NCBI GenBank assembly: GCA_001001205.1
Contig: LCKE01000015.1
Location: forward strand, 1 to 43,298
Direction of reading: 5' to 3'
Source of the DNA: Parcubacteria group bacterium GW2011_GWF2_45_11
GTDB taxonomy: Bacteria > Patescibacteriota > Patescibacteriia > UBA1558 > UBA10009
DNA length: 43,298 nt
Of this stretch, positions 1 to 9,053 are shown piece by piece. The position numbers were made by a program, and so were the translations under genes. Numbering within the stretch: the first letter of the stretch is position 1; each line of letters begins with the position of its first letter. A model generated the notes under the pieces. It saw nothing but the letters and a program-made list of their open reading frames with translations, was not told the DNA's origin and searched no databases.

Positions 1-165
1 TTTTTAAAACGACCTTTTATGTTATTATTATCTCACAAAGTTGTATTTTAATGAATTGACTAACTTTCGGCTGTTTTTAAGCCAAAGGCGTAAGTCCTAT
101 ATATCAAAATTAATAGACTAAGCCAATAAATCTTAGGGTTTAACGGCCAAAGAAAGCCAACGTCA

Positions 166-276
166 ATGCAAGACGAATTTACCAATGACGAAGATACTGA
201 TTTAGACAAAGACACGTCATTCACCGATGAAGTAGCCGAGGAAGAGGCTGAAACGGAAGATGAAGAAACAGTGTAA
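166..276 (+). CDS. hypothetical 36-aa acidic micro-ORF
   Basis: ATG 166, TAA 274-276. Product ends ...DEVAEEEAETEDEETV. A hairpin plus T-run follows directly. No clear RBS, and it is below the ORF-track size cutoff. Confidence 0.15.
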   Translation: MQDEFTNDEDTDLDKDTSFTDEVAEEEAETEDEETV

Positions 277-291
277 ACATTTCTAACAATC

Positions 292-328
292 AAAAAATCC
301 AGCCCGAATCATCAGACTGGATTTTTTG
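292..328. terminator. bidirectional rho-independent terminator
   Basis: Stem ATCCAG (297-302) / CTGGAT (317-322), flanked by an A-run upstream and a T-run downstream. It lies just past the 3' end of valS (-). Confidence 0.6.
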
Positions 329-339
329 CTGGGCGAATA

Positions 340-2955
340 TTACCCGGGAGACGAGAGTTTTTTAAATCTGTCTTGGGCCTGAGCGAGCTTGGCTTGCTCC
401 CCCATAATGACCGTGGCCGGCGCTTTGCCGGTAAATTCCTTATTGGCCAATTTTGCCTCCTGGATATTAATATACCGTTCCAAATTCTTAAGCTCTTTCG
501 CCCGGGTTTTAAAAACTTCCTGATTAATTTTTATGTCTAAAGTAATATTGGCTGAACCAACGGACAGCTTTAAGCCGGGAGATTTGGGCGTCAGCCTCAC
601 CTTGGCCAAACCTTCAATAATTTTTTGATTGCCAGCCACCAGCTGGTGCCGGTCAGTTTCAATCGCGCAGGTAAAAATCTTTTTAGGGTTAACCCTATGC
701 TCGGCGCGGGCGTTTCTAATAGCCGAAACCAATGCCTGAATGTAAGCAAACTCGATTAAGGCCGGCTTTTTAATTTTGCCCGCCAGTGATGGCCAAGACT
801 GGATGATTAACGGCTCCGGACTTAAATTTTGCCAGAGAACTTCCGTAACAAACGGACAGAAAGGATGCCACAGAATCAGCAGGCGCTCTAAAATGTATAA
901 TAAAATTTCCTCCTTAGCCCCTTCCAGCTTGGCAACCTCTAAATACCAGTCGGCCAGTTTGGACCAGGTAAATTCATACAGCTCTTCGCCGGCCTGAGAA
1001 AATTTAAATTCTTCAATATTCTTAGTGGTGGTCTGAATAATCTTATTCAGTTCCGCCAAAATCCACTCATCAGCCAAGGTTTTTGGATTTTGATTTTTGA
1101 TTTTTGATTTTGTTTGAATCTTAACATTAGTTTCTTGAAGTTTGGATATAATATAGCGGCTGATATTCCAAAGTTTATTGACGAAATTACGGTAGCCGGC
1201 GATTTTTTCTTCATAAAGCCGCAGATCGGTCCCGGGCGTTGAACCGACGACCATGGAAAGCCGCAATGCGTCAGCGCCGAATTTTTTTATCATCTCCAAA
1301 GGATCAATACCATTACCTAAAGACTTGGACATTTTCCGTCCCTGTTTATCCTTGATCATGGCATGCAAATAAACTGTGGCAAAAGGCTTTTCCTTGAGGA
1401 AATAAAGGGACATAATAATCATCCGGGCCACCCAAAAAAACAGGATGTCGTACATGGTTTCCAAAACCGAAGTCGGATGATAAATTTTTAAATCTTTTGT
1501 TTGCTTGGGCCAGCCTAAAGTGGAAAAAGTCCATAAGCCGGCAGAAAACCAGGTGTCCAAAGTATCCTGATCCTGAATCCAGCCTTCGCCGGTGGGCGGT
1601 TCCAGACCCACAAAAATCTCCTGCTTGTTTACCTGTGGAAATAATTTACTGTTTTTTCGTATTTTTGATTTCTTGTCCGGCTGACGATACCACACCGGAA
1701 TCTGATGGCCGTACCAGATTTGCCGCGAAATGCACCAATCCCTCAGATTATCCATCCACTGAAAATAGATTTTATTAAAACGGTCTGGGATAATCGTTAT
1801 CTCATGACTGCTAACCGCCTCGGTCGCCAACTGCTTCAAGGACTTACCCCGGGAGGGCACTTTTTTGTTAACATCCACAAACCACTGTCTGGAGGTTAAC
1901 GGTTCGATTGAAGTTTTACAGCGATAACAAACGGAAAGATTGTTTTTATAATCTTCAATTTTTTCCAGCAAACCTGCTTTGCGTAAATCAGCCACCAAAC
2001 GGTTTCGACACTCTAAAGTTGACAGTCCCTGATATTTGCCGGCGGCGGCCGTCATTTCCCCCCGTTCATCAATGACTTTAATTAAAGGCAAATTATATTT
2101 TTCCGCCCATTTAAAATCCTGCTGGCTGTGCGCCGGCGTCACGCCGATGGCGCCGCTGCCAAAATTTTGATCAACTTCGCTATCGCCAAAAACCTTAACC
2201 GCAAGCTTGTGACCGGCCAGATCAATCGGTAAAACCTGACCAATCAATTTTTTATAGCGCTCGTCTTTAGGATTCACGGCCACTCCCGTATCACCCAACT
2301 TGGTTTCCGGCCGGGTGGTAGCAATGGTTAGCGGGCCGTATTTGATAAAATAAAACTGGCCTTGAGACTCTTCATATTCCACTTCATCATCGGCCAGAGT
2401 GGACTGGCACCTCGGACACCAGTTGACTACCCGATCGCCGCGATAAATCAAGCCGTCATCATACATTCTCTTAAAAGCAGTCCTGACGGCCAAAGATAAA
2501 TTTTCATCCAAAGTAAAGCGCTCGCGCGACCAGTCCAAAGAAGAGCCCATCTTTTTTATTTGCTGCCTGATAATTTTTTTTGAGGCTTCGGCAAAATCGT
2601 TAACCTTGGCTAAAAATGCCGCCCGGCCTAAATCATGCCTGGTTTTACCCTGCTGCTTCAGTTCTTTTTCCACCACGTTCTGAGTGGCGATGGCGGCATG
2701 ATCCATGCCCGGCAACCATAAAGTTTTATCGCCCTTAAGCCGGTGATAACGGATCATGATATCCTGATAGGACAGCATGGAAGCGTGCCCCAAATGCAGC
2801 TTGCCGGTCACGTTTGGTGGCGGCAAAACGATAGTGAAAGCTTTCTGCCGCTGACCGGGCAAATTATCGGGATTAAAATAGCCCGACTCTTCCCACCTTT
2901 GGTAAATGGCATCTTCATGTTTATGGGGCTCGTAAGTTTTATCTAAGGTCGGCAT
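340..2955 (-). CDS. valS: valyl-tRNA synthetase
   Basis: 871-aa ORF with class I signatures HLGH (PPNVTGKLHLGHA) and KMSKS (GRKMSKSLGNG), a ValRS-type editing/CP1 region and a C-terminal coiled coil. Confidence 0.97.
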   Translation of the reverse strand: MPTLDKTYEPHKHEDAIYQRWEESGYFNPDNLPGQRQKAFTIVLPPPNVTGKLHLGHASMLSYQDIMIRYHRLKGDKTLWLPGMDHAAIATQNVVEKELKQQGKTRHDLGRAAFLAKVNDFAEASKKIIRQQIKKMGSSLDWSRERFTLDENLSLAVRTAFKRMYDDGLIYRGDRVVNWCPRCQSTLADDEVEYEESQGQFYFIKYGPLTIATTRPETKLGDTGVAVNPKDERYKKLIGQVLPIDLAGHKLAVKVFGDSEVDQNFGSGAIGVTPAHSQQDFKWAEKYNLPLIKVIDERGEMTAAAGKYQGLSTLECRNRLVADLRKAGLLEKIEDYKNNLSVCYRCKTSIEPLTSRQWFVDVNKKVPSRGKSLKQLATEAVSSHEITIIPDRFNKIYFQWMDNLRDWCISRQIWYGHQIPVWYRQPDKKSKIRKNSKLFPQVNKQEIFVGLEPPTGEGWIQDQDTLDTWFSAGLWTFSTLGWPKQTKDLKIYHPTSVLETMYDILFFWVARMIIMSLYFLKEKPFATVYLHAMIKDKQGRKMSKSLGNGIDPLEMIKKFGADALRLSMVVGSTPGTDLRLYEEKIAGYRNFVNKLWNISRYIISKLQETNVKIQTKSKIKNQNPKTLADEWILAELNKIIQTTTKNIEEFKFSQAGEELYEFTWSKLADWYLEVAKLEGAKEEILLYILERLLILWHPFCPFVTEVLWQNLSPEPLIIQSWPSLAGKIKKPALIEFAYIQALVSAIRNARAEHRVNPKKIFTCAIETDRHQLVAGNQKIIEGLAKVRLTPKSPGLKLSVGSANITLDIKINQEVFKTRAKELKNLERYINIQEAKLANKEFTGKAPATVIMGEQAKLAQAQDRFKKLSSPG

Positions 2956-2959
2956 AAAT

Positions 2960-3949
2960 TTACTTAATAAAAGTTGCCTTCATGGCATTACGGTTAAACT
3001 CGTCAATTTGCTTGGAGTTAAAAATTCCCTGATCCACCAAAAACTGCCTTTCCTTGAACAAATTAGTGCGGTACATTTCCGGACCGTCGGTATTAATCGT
3101 CAGTTTAACGCCGTTTTTATAAAGCGTCTGATAAATTTCTTTCATAGCGGCCACGGACTTGATCACGCCACAGCGTAAATTGGAAGTCGGGCAAAGTTCA
3201 AGGACGGTTTTTTGTCTTGCCAGCTCTTTCATCAGATGCTGGTCCTGCCAGGCTAAAAAGCCGTGGCCGATGCGCTCAGGCCTGATCACCTTAACCAAAT
3301 CGCGCATTTCGCGCAAATTGCCCTCTTCGCCTGTATGAATGGTCAAACCCAGACCGGATTTTTTGGCTTGTCTGAACAGGGGATACAGCCGAGTCAGCTT
3401 AAAACCTTGAACCTGCGGTCCGGCGATATCCAGACCGACAATGCCGCGGTTTTTATATTTAAGCGCTTTGGCAAGAATAATCTCATTCTGGGTAAAAGTG
3501 AATTTACGATCCATCATCAAAATCAGGCCGGCCTTAACCTGGGGATATTCTTGAACCGCCCGATCCATGCCCCTGATGGCCGCTAAAATAATATGATCTA
3601 AATCCTTTTCGCCCGAACGGTTCCGGTTCATGGGGTTAAACCTGAGCTCGTGGATGACAATATTGCATTTACGGTAACCGCCGCCGATAACCGATTTGAC
3701 CGACGTTTCCACCGCTTCCGGCGAAGACTGTACCAGCTCGGTCCAATAAAACAAAGCCTTATCTACTTCCGCCACGCTGTTGTAACCTTCGGCCACGTCA
3801 ATGGTAATCAAATCTTCAAAATCCCAGTAATTTTTGGAGGGCAGCCTGATGCCCTGGCTGTGGGCGATTGACCACATAATCGGCGGATCAACGGCCGCAC
3901 CTAAATGATTATGTAATTCAGCCCGGTCGGGCATGTTGATTTTTGGCAT
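2960..3949 (-). CDS. add: adenosine deaminase family amidohydrolase
   Basis: 329 aa. Metal-ligand motifs AELHNHLGA, HTGEEG, RIGHGF and INTDGP are typical of adenosine/AMP deaminases. Confidence 0.85.
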   Translation of the reverse strand: MPKINMPDRAELHNHLGAAVDPPIMWSIAHSQGIRLPSKNYWDFEDLITIDVAEGYNSVAEVDKALFYWTELVQSSPEAVETSVKSVIGGGYRKCNIVIHELRFNPMNRNRSGEKDLDHIILAAIRGMDRAVQEYPQVKAGLILMMDRKFTFTQNEIILAKALKYKNRGIVGLDIAGPQVQGFKLTRLYPLFRQAKKSGLGLTIHTGEEGNLREMRDLVKVIRPERIGHGFLAWQDQHLMKELARQKTVLELCPTSNLRCGVIKSVAAMKEIYQTLYKNGVKLTINTDGPEMYRTNLFKERQFLVDQGIFNSKQIDEFNRNAMKATFIK

Positions 3950-3971
3950 ATAATTCAGTGAATTTAAATTA

Positions 3972-4100
3972 ATCCAGCACCCTTTCTAAAGGGTATTAGA
4001 TCCTTTAGAAAAGAATCTCTGCCAGGTAACCCTGCGGCAAGCCCGGCACCAGAAATTGGTGCTTGGGTAAGACCGCAGGGTATTAGAAAAGGTGCTGGAT
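3972..4100. repeat. 129-nt nested palindromic element, copy 1
   Basis: 16-bp terminal inverted repeat with one mismatch: ATCCAGCACCCTTTCT / AGAAAAGGTGCTGGAT. Inner hairpin is ACCCTGCGG...CCGCAGGGT, and its loop carries a further hairpin CCCGGCACCA...TGGTGCTTGGG. The last 36 nt (4068-4103) are identical to 42986-43021. Confidence 0.75.
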
Positions 4101-4195
4101 AAAAAATTACAGTATTATTATATCATTGTTTTAAAATAAAAACCCCTATTGCCATAAGGGTCCCAAAAATACTTTCAGGACGGTACCACCTTACT

Positions 4196-4237
4196 TACCC
4201 TGAATCAAACGAGCGAAGCGAGTTCTAATTCAGGGTA
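4196..4237. repeat. palindromic hairpin of the ACCCTG...CAGGGT family
   Basis: TACCCTGAAT (22-nt loop containing GAGCGAAGCGAG) ATTCAGGGTA. The stem ends are the same as in the neighbouring hairpins. Confidence 0.6.
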
Positions 4238-4333
4238 TCTTATTTACTGCTATAACGGGCCTGCCCGTCTGGATCTGCTAACCGCCGAAGTTTCAGCGGC
4301 GTTCTGCCAGCCACTCACCGGATGACATGATTT

Positions 4334-4440
4334 CCGGATAATCCTTAAACAAAAGAGGATACGTTTTCAGCAAATGAATTACCCTGCGGCAAGACCGCAG
4401 GGTAAACTGTGGTAATGTATCCTCATTATAAATTATCCGG
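4334..4440. repeat. 107-nt nested palindromic unit
   Basis: Outer stems CCGGATAAT/ATTATCCGG and GAGGATAC/GTATCCTC. Apical hairpin TACCCTGCGG-CAAGA-CCGCAGGGTA lies at 4380-4404. Confidence 0.65.
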
Positions 4441-4465
4441 CAGTGATCGTCAATTAAATTTAGGC

Positions 4466-4876
4466 TCAGCGGCTCCGGGCGTGGGCGTAGGGCGGACTGG
4501 TTAAAACTTCCGGCACGCCGGCCAATATATTACCCGTCACGGCGAAAATCCGGCCTAAGCCCTGAATGGAATTCCGCCAGGTCCCCAAGCATAAAGCATC
4601 AAAATGTTCGCCAACCGCTTCCGCCGCCACGGCCGTATCATACCACATGTTCCGGACGGCCAGACTCAGGCTCGGTGCCGAAGCCCGGATAAAATTATCA
4701 CCGGGTATTTTGGAATTTGCGCTGAGCAAACCATTGAACATCATCAGGGAAAAAATAATCAAACAAGAACCGAGAATATAGGTTCCCCGCAGGAGATATT
4801 CCTGAAAAGCGTCCATGGTGGCCATGAAATCCCTTTTTTTCCTAGGTAAACAAGCCTGGCAATCATTTGTCTGCAT
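4466..4876 (-). CDS. hypothetical membrane protein
   Basis: 136-aa ORF with one hydrophobic segment (ILGSCLIIFSLMMFNGLL). GGAGGAG lies 15 nt upstream of ATG 4876. An internal ATG (MATMDAF) preceded by AAGGGA is an alternative start. Confidence 0.5.
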   Translation of the reverse strand: MQTNDCQACLPRKKRDFMATMDAFQEYLLRGTYILGSCLIIFSLMMFNGLLSANSKIPGDNFIRASAPSLSLAVRNMWYDTAVAAEAVGEHFDALCLGTWRNSIQGLGRIFAVTGNILAGVPEVLTSPPYAHARSR

Positions 4877-5098
4877 AATTTGTCCCTGAGGCTCCTCCGC
4901 CTAATTGGCGGTTTCGCTCGGGGTATTTTTATTTTTGTTTTTGCTTAATTATTAATTATCTAAATTCTTAAGATCTGACAATATAAAAACATAGGCCAAA
5001 ATTCCTATGTTATGTTCTTATGATAGCACACTTAATCTAAAAAGTCAAGAACTTTTTAAAATAAAGCCCGATTCACCGGCCGCGATTTTAAAAATATT

Positions 5099-5542
5099 TT
5101 AAATTATTTTTTGGAAATTAACTCTTCTCTGATTTTCACCGCGACCGGGATTAAATTCAATTATGATAGTTTTAGCCGGTAGCCAATCTTTAACCTTATC
5201 GGCCCACTCAATCACCACAACCGTATCCGGACCGTTAAGATATTCCTTAAGGCCGATGTTGTCCAGTTCGTCAGCTGAGTTTAAACGATAAGCATCAACG
5301 TGAATAAAACCGTGGATCGTTGATCGTGGATCGTTGATCGTGTATTCTTTCATTAAGACAAAGGTCGGACTATTGACTATCTCAGTAACGCCTAGAGCGG
5401 CGGCCAATCCCTGGGTAAAAACGGTTTTACCCGAACCAAGGTCGCCGATTAAGCCGATAACCTCGCCGCCTTTCAAAGTCAGGGAGATTTTAGCCGCCAG
5501 CTTTTTTGTTTCTCCCGCATTGTTAGTAATAGATTCTGGCAT
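5099..5542 (-). CDS. tsaE: tRNA t6A37 biosynthesis ATPase TsaE
   Basis: 147 aa. P-loop [15 protein letters not shown] and the downstream HVDAYRL motif are typical of the YjeE/TsaE family. Confidence 0.9.
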   Translation of the reverse strand: MPESITNNAGETKKLAAKISLTLKGGEVIGLIGDLGSGKTVFTQGLAAALGVTEIVNSPTFVLMKEYTINDPRSTIHGFIHVDAYRLNSADELDNIGLKEYLNGPDTVVVIEWADKVKDWLPAKTIIIEFNPGRGENQRRVNFQKII

Positions 5543-5675
5543 ATAATTGATCTGTCAGGCATCGTCTGCCCCGTTTTATAAAAAAATGCCGGATAAAAGC
5601 TGGACAAACGCGAAATTATTTACAGTTTGGCTTAGACAGGATAAAATGTCAATAAGAAACCAAGTTATTTAAAGT

Positions 5676-6071
5676 ATGTCAAAAATACTTTACTGGTTGC
5701 CGCGCCTGCTTTCTCTTTTCATAACCGGCTTTTGGCTATTCTATACGGTCCGCGCTTACGGGCTTTCTTTAACGGCCTTATCAAAAAACGGCGTCTGGAT
5801 CGCCCTCTTGGTTTTTAGCCTTTTGGCCTGGCGCGGCCAGCTGATCGGCCGACTGGGTTTTATTTTAATGGCAGTACTGTATGTGATGAAAGCGGGGGCC
5901 AATCTGCCGTTTAAAACAGTGGCGCTAACTGCCGGCCCGCTTTTATTCATCGGACTGCTTTATTTTTTTGACCGACAAAGAATCTTCTTAAAACCGGTAA
6001 AAGAAACGCTGGACAATCTTAAAAAAAAATACGACGATAAAACCAAGACGGACGATCATGAACTGATTTAA
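5676..6071 (+). CDS. hypothetical multi-pass membrane protein
   Basis: 131 aa with about 4 hydrophobic helices and a Lys/Asp-rich C-terminal tail. It converges on tsaD with a 4-nt overlap. Confidence 0.6.
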   Translation: MSKILYWLPRLLSLFITGFWLFYTVRAYGLSLTALSKNGVWIALLVFSLLAWRGQLIGRLGFILMAVLYVMKAGANLPFKTVALTAGPLLFIGLLYFFDRQRIFLKPVKETLDNLKKKYDDKTKTDDHELI

Positions 6072-7162
6072 ACGATGCTTAAATTAGCTTCGGCAATTAA
6101 CTTGCGCCAGTTATTTTTTCTGGCGCTTTTTTGCTTGAAGTAACCGGTTAGGGCGATCATGGCCGCATTATCGCCGGTCAGCCATTTTTCCGGATAATAA
6201 AATGCCAGGCCTAAATTGAAAATTGACGATTGGAAATCGGCAATTAACATTTCATTGGCGCTGACGCCCCCGCCTAAAATAACGGACTTGGCCTTATGCT
6301 TAACCGCCGCCTTGATGGTTTTACCAACCAACACGTCAATAACGGCCTGCTGAAAACTGGCGCAGACGTCATTAATAAAAGCCTGGCTGAAATTGCCGGT
6401 CGGGACCATATCGTTCAGCTGATATTTTACGGCGGTTTTGAGGCCGGAAAAAGAAAAATCAAAATCGCCTGATTCCATCATCGGACGGGGGAAATTAATC
6501 TGGGACGAATTTCCTTTTTTGGCAAAATGGGCGATGACAGGGCCGCCTGGATAACCCAAATTCAGCATCTTGGCCACCTTGTCAAAAGCTTCGCCGGCCG
6601 CATCGTCTCTGGTCCGGCCGATTAGCCGATAGGTGCCCGGACCTTTAACTAAAATCATCTCCGTATGTCCGCCGGAAATGATAAGCCCAATCGCTGGAAA
6701 TAGCGTATCTTGCCCACCCGCCACGACAACGAGCCGGGCGGGTAACTTGTGGCTTGTATCTTGATTCAATAGGTAACTCCAGAGGTGCGCTTCCAGATGA
6801 TTGACGCCGACAAGCGGAACGTCCCAAACATAAGACAGCGTCTTGGCCGTCTGCAGACCAACTTGCAGAGAAGTGATTAAGCCAGGCCCCCGCGTTACCG
6901 CAATCAAATCAGGCTTTTGACCGTTTAATGCTTCTGCAATAACCGGACTTATGGTTTCTACATGCTTTCTGGCTGCCACTTCCGGCACAACCCCGCCGTA
7001 CTTTTTATGTATATTAACTTGCGACAGCACAACATTACCCAATATTTGAAATTTGAGATTTGAAATTTGAGATTTTTTTGTTTTGTGGGAATTGTAATCT
7101 GCAACTTCCAGCAAAGCGGCCGCTGTTTCGTCGCATGATGTTTCTATGCCTAAAATTTTCAT
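6068..7162 (-). CDS. tsaD: tRNA N6-adenosine threonylcarbamoyltransferase TsaD
   Basis: 364 aa. Starts MKILGIETSCDETAAAL; also carries GGVVPEVAARKH, SGGHTE and GGGVSAN, as in Kae1/TsaD. Contains lineage-specific inserts. Confidence 0.95.
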   Translation of the reverse strand: MKILGIETSCDETAAALLEVADYNSHKTKKSQISNLKFQILGNVVLSQVNIHKKYGGVVPEVAARKHVETISPVIAEALNGQKPDLIAVTRGPGLITSLQVGLQTAKTLSYVWDVPLVGVNHLEAHLWSYLLNQDTSHKLPARLVVVAGGQDTLFPAIGLIISGGHTEMILVKGPGTYRLIGRTRDDAAGEAFDKVAKMLNLGYPGGPVIAHFAKKGNSSQINFPRPMMESGDFDFSFSGLKTAVKYQLNDMVPTGNFSQAFINDVCASFQQAVIDVLVGKTIKAAVKHKAKSVILGGGVSANEMLIADFQSSIFNLGLAFYYPEKWLTGDNAAMIALTGYFKQKSARKNNWRKLIAEANLSIV

Positions 7163-7256
7163 ATGACTTTAGGGTATCACCTTAAAATAAAAAAGCCCTG
7201 GGGACCGGGCCGGCTGAGAAAAAAACTGGCAAACTTTAGTTTAATTGACTTTAAGA

Positions 7257-8474
7257 TTAGGCTCGGCGCTCTTCCCACTTGTCTAAAGCTTTGGCTAAAA
7301 TTTCCATGGCCCGCCTGAGATCGTCCTCCTTTAAAACGTAAGCAAGGCGGACTTCGTCTTTGCCGGAACCCTGGCTTAAATAAAACCCGGCCGCCGGCGC
7401 CAGCATGACCGTTTCGTTGCGGTCCTTAAAATCAGTTAAAAGCCATTGGCAAAATTCATCCGCATCTGCAACCGGCAATTTGACAATAATGTAAAAAGCG
7501 CCTTCCGGCTCGCAAAAGACCAAGCCCTCAATCCGATTAAGCCCGTCAATTAAAACTTGACGGCGCTTGGCGTATTCCGCCAAGGTCTGTTCCAGATAGT
7601 CTTCATCCTGGCCGATAATGTTCGCCGTCATTAACATGTTAATTGAACCGGCGGACAGGCGCGCTTGGCCGTACCGCAGCATCACGGCGATTATCTTTTT
7701 GTTCCTGGAACAAACCAGCCCGACCCTGGCGCCGCACAGAGAATAGCGCTTGGAAAAACTGTCCAAAACCAAAACGCGGCTCTCGGCTAAATCGGCCTGA
7801 CGTTCCTTTTCCACTGTCAGAATGGAAATCATCCGATGCTCTCCGTAAGCAAACTCGCGGTAAACTTCATCGGACAACAAGTAAAGATTTTTTTCCTGGG
7901 CGATGTCGTACAATAAATCCAGCTCCGCCCGGCGATATACCGTGCCGGTAGGATTATTAGGGTTACAAAACATGATCGCCTTGGTCTTTTCGTTTATCTG
8001 AGACAGGATCGCCTTTTTATCGGGCAGATGAAAACCCTCTTCAATTTTGGTGGCGACCGCCTTAAGTTTAACGCCGGCCATGATAGCCAGACTGTTATAG
8101 TTGGTGTAAAAAGGCTCAAAAGTAATAATTTCGTCGCCTGGATCGGCCACCGTCATAATCGCCCACAAAATCGCTTCACTGCCGCCCAAAGTGGCGATAA
8201 AATTATCCTTATCCAAATCTTGATGCCCGAGACGGTGATAATATTTCACCAGACTTTCCAGATAATCATGTTCGCCCTGGGAGTGGCTGTATTCAATCAC
8301 CGGCCCGTGATAGTTATTTAAAAAATCAAAAACTGCGGCTGGCGGCGGCAGATCGGGCTGACCGATATTCAAATGATAAACCTTGACCCCGCGCTTTTTA
8401 GCCTCCAGACCAAAGCCGGCCAGTTTTCTGATGGGACTTTGCGGGATTAAATTTGCTCTCTGGGATAACGGCAT
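7257..8474 (-). CDS. pyridoxal-phosphate-dependent aminotransferase, class I/II (AspC-like)
   Basis: 405 aa. PLP-lysine motif SFSKRYSLCGARVG and NPNNPTG are typical of fold-type I aminotransferases. Confidence 0.9.
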   Translation of the reverse strand: MPLSQRANLIPQSPIRKLAGFGLEAKKRGVKVYHLNIGQPDLPPPAAVFDFLNNYHGPVIEYSHSQGEHDYLESLVKYYHRLGHQDLDKDNFIATLGGSEAILWAIMTVADPGDEIITFEPFYTNYNSLAIMAGVKLKAVATKIEEGFHLPDKKAILSQINEKTKAIMFCNPNNPTGTVYRRAELDLLYDIAQEKNLYLLSDEVYREFAYGEHRMISILTVEKERQADLAESRVLVLDSFSKRYSLCGARVGLVCSRNKKIIAVMLRYGQARLSAGSINMLMTANIIGQDEDYLEQTLAEYAKRRQVLIDGLNRIEGLVFCEPEGAFYIIVKLPVADADEFCQWLLTDFKDRNETVMLAPAAGFYLSQGSGKDEVRLAYVLKEDDLRRAMEILAKALDKWEERRA

Positions 8475-8503
8475 ATATTTTTATGGCTACATCTTAGCAT
8501 ACC

Positions 8504-8532
8504 TTGACTTTTGTTTCAATTTCCATTAGTAT
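8504..8532 (+). promoter_or_regulatory. candidate sigma70 promoter
   Basis: TTGACT (8504-8509), 17 nt spacer, TAGTAT (8527-8532). It would give a leader of about 270 nt before tRNA-Glu. Confidence 0.35.
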
Positions 8533-8804
8533 AGCTAAAGTTTAGGACGGCCGCGGCAAAAACCTGACGACCGACCAACCGGCAAAAGCAAAACGAAAAA
8601 ATTGAAATTAAATCGTTCGCCGCGCAGTACAGGCATCCTGGCTGAGGCAACGGAATTTTCAAAAAACAGCACTCTTTATTGACTGACGGCCCTACCGTCT
8701 AATGGTTTGCCGCCTCATCGGCGACCGGCTGGAGAGGCGGACCTGCCGGCAGGGATACCAAATTTTGTTCATCCGCGCCAAAAAACTTCAAATTAAAAAA
8801 TCTC

Positions 8805-8879
8805 GCCGCCTTCGTCTAGTGGTTAGGACACCAGGTTTTCATCCTGGTAACAGGGGTCCGATTCCCCTAGGCGGTACCA
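8805..8879 (+). tRNA. tRNA-Glu(UUC)
   Basis: Cloverleaf by eye: acceptor GCCGCCT/AGGCGGT, anticodon stem CCAGG/CCTGG, loop TTTTCAT, T-loop TCCGATT, CCA encoded. Confidence 0.93.
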
Positions 8880-8881
8880 CA

Positions 8882-8906
8882 AAATCTTGCACGTCAGGAT
8901 TTTTTG
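8882..8906 (+). terminator. rho-independent terminator after tRNA-Glu
   Basis: ATCTTG-CACGT-CAGGAT stem with one G-U pair, followed by TTTTTTG. Confidence 0.5.
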
Positions 8907-8990
8907 TTTAAGCCATGGCTGAAAAATCTGTATGGAGCGACGCCGGCCTGACTCTCCGGTACCCTTAAGGGTCTTGCCTCAGCGTTTCCC

Positions 8991-9019
8991 TTGCCCTGTG
9001 GGTAAAAATATCGTATAAT
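8991..9019 (+). promoter_or_regulatory. candidate sigma70 promoter for hsp20
   Basis: TTGCCC (8991-8996), 17 nt spacer, TATAAT (9014-9019), 35 nt upstream of the hsp20 ATG. Confidence 0.5.
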
Positions 9020-9053
9020 AATAACACTAAAGTTGCTTTAAATTTTATAAATT

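Noticed and set aside
60-293. Minus-strand 77-aa Ser-rich ORF at the window start.
   Set aside because: Its low-complexity Ser run is the antisense of a GAA/GAT-rich stretch. It has no RBS and it runs through the terminator hairpin region. The opposite-strand acidic micro-ORF is itself only weakly supported.
4141-4460. A known structured RNA (RNase P RNA, SRP/4.5S, tmRNA, 6S) in the add-downstream gap.
   Set aside because: None of the conserved cores was found on either strand: GGAAAGTCCGG or ACAGAA.CCGGCTTA for RNase P, GGAA-capped helix 8 with AGCA/GGCA loops for SRP, or a tRNA-like acceptor/T-arm end for tmRNA. The region is better described as repeated palindromes.
8702-8911. 69-aa plus-strand ORF.
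   Set aside because: It overlaps the well-formed tRNA-Glu gene and the hairpin-rich leader, and its composition is not protein-like.
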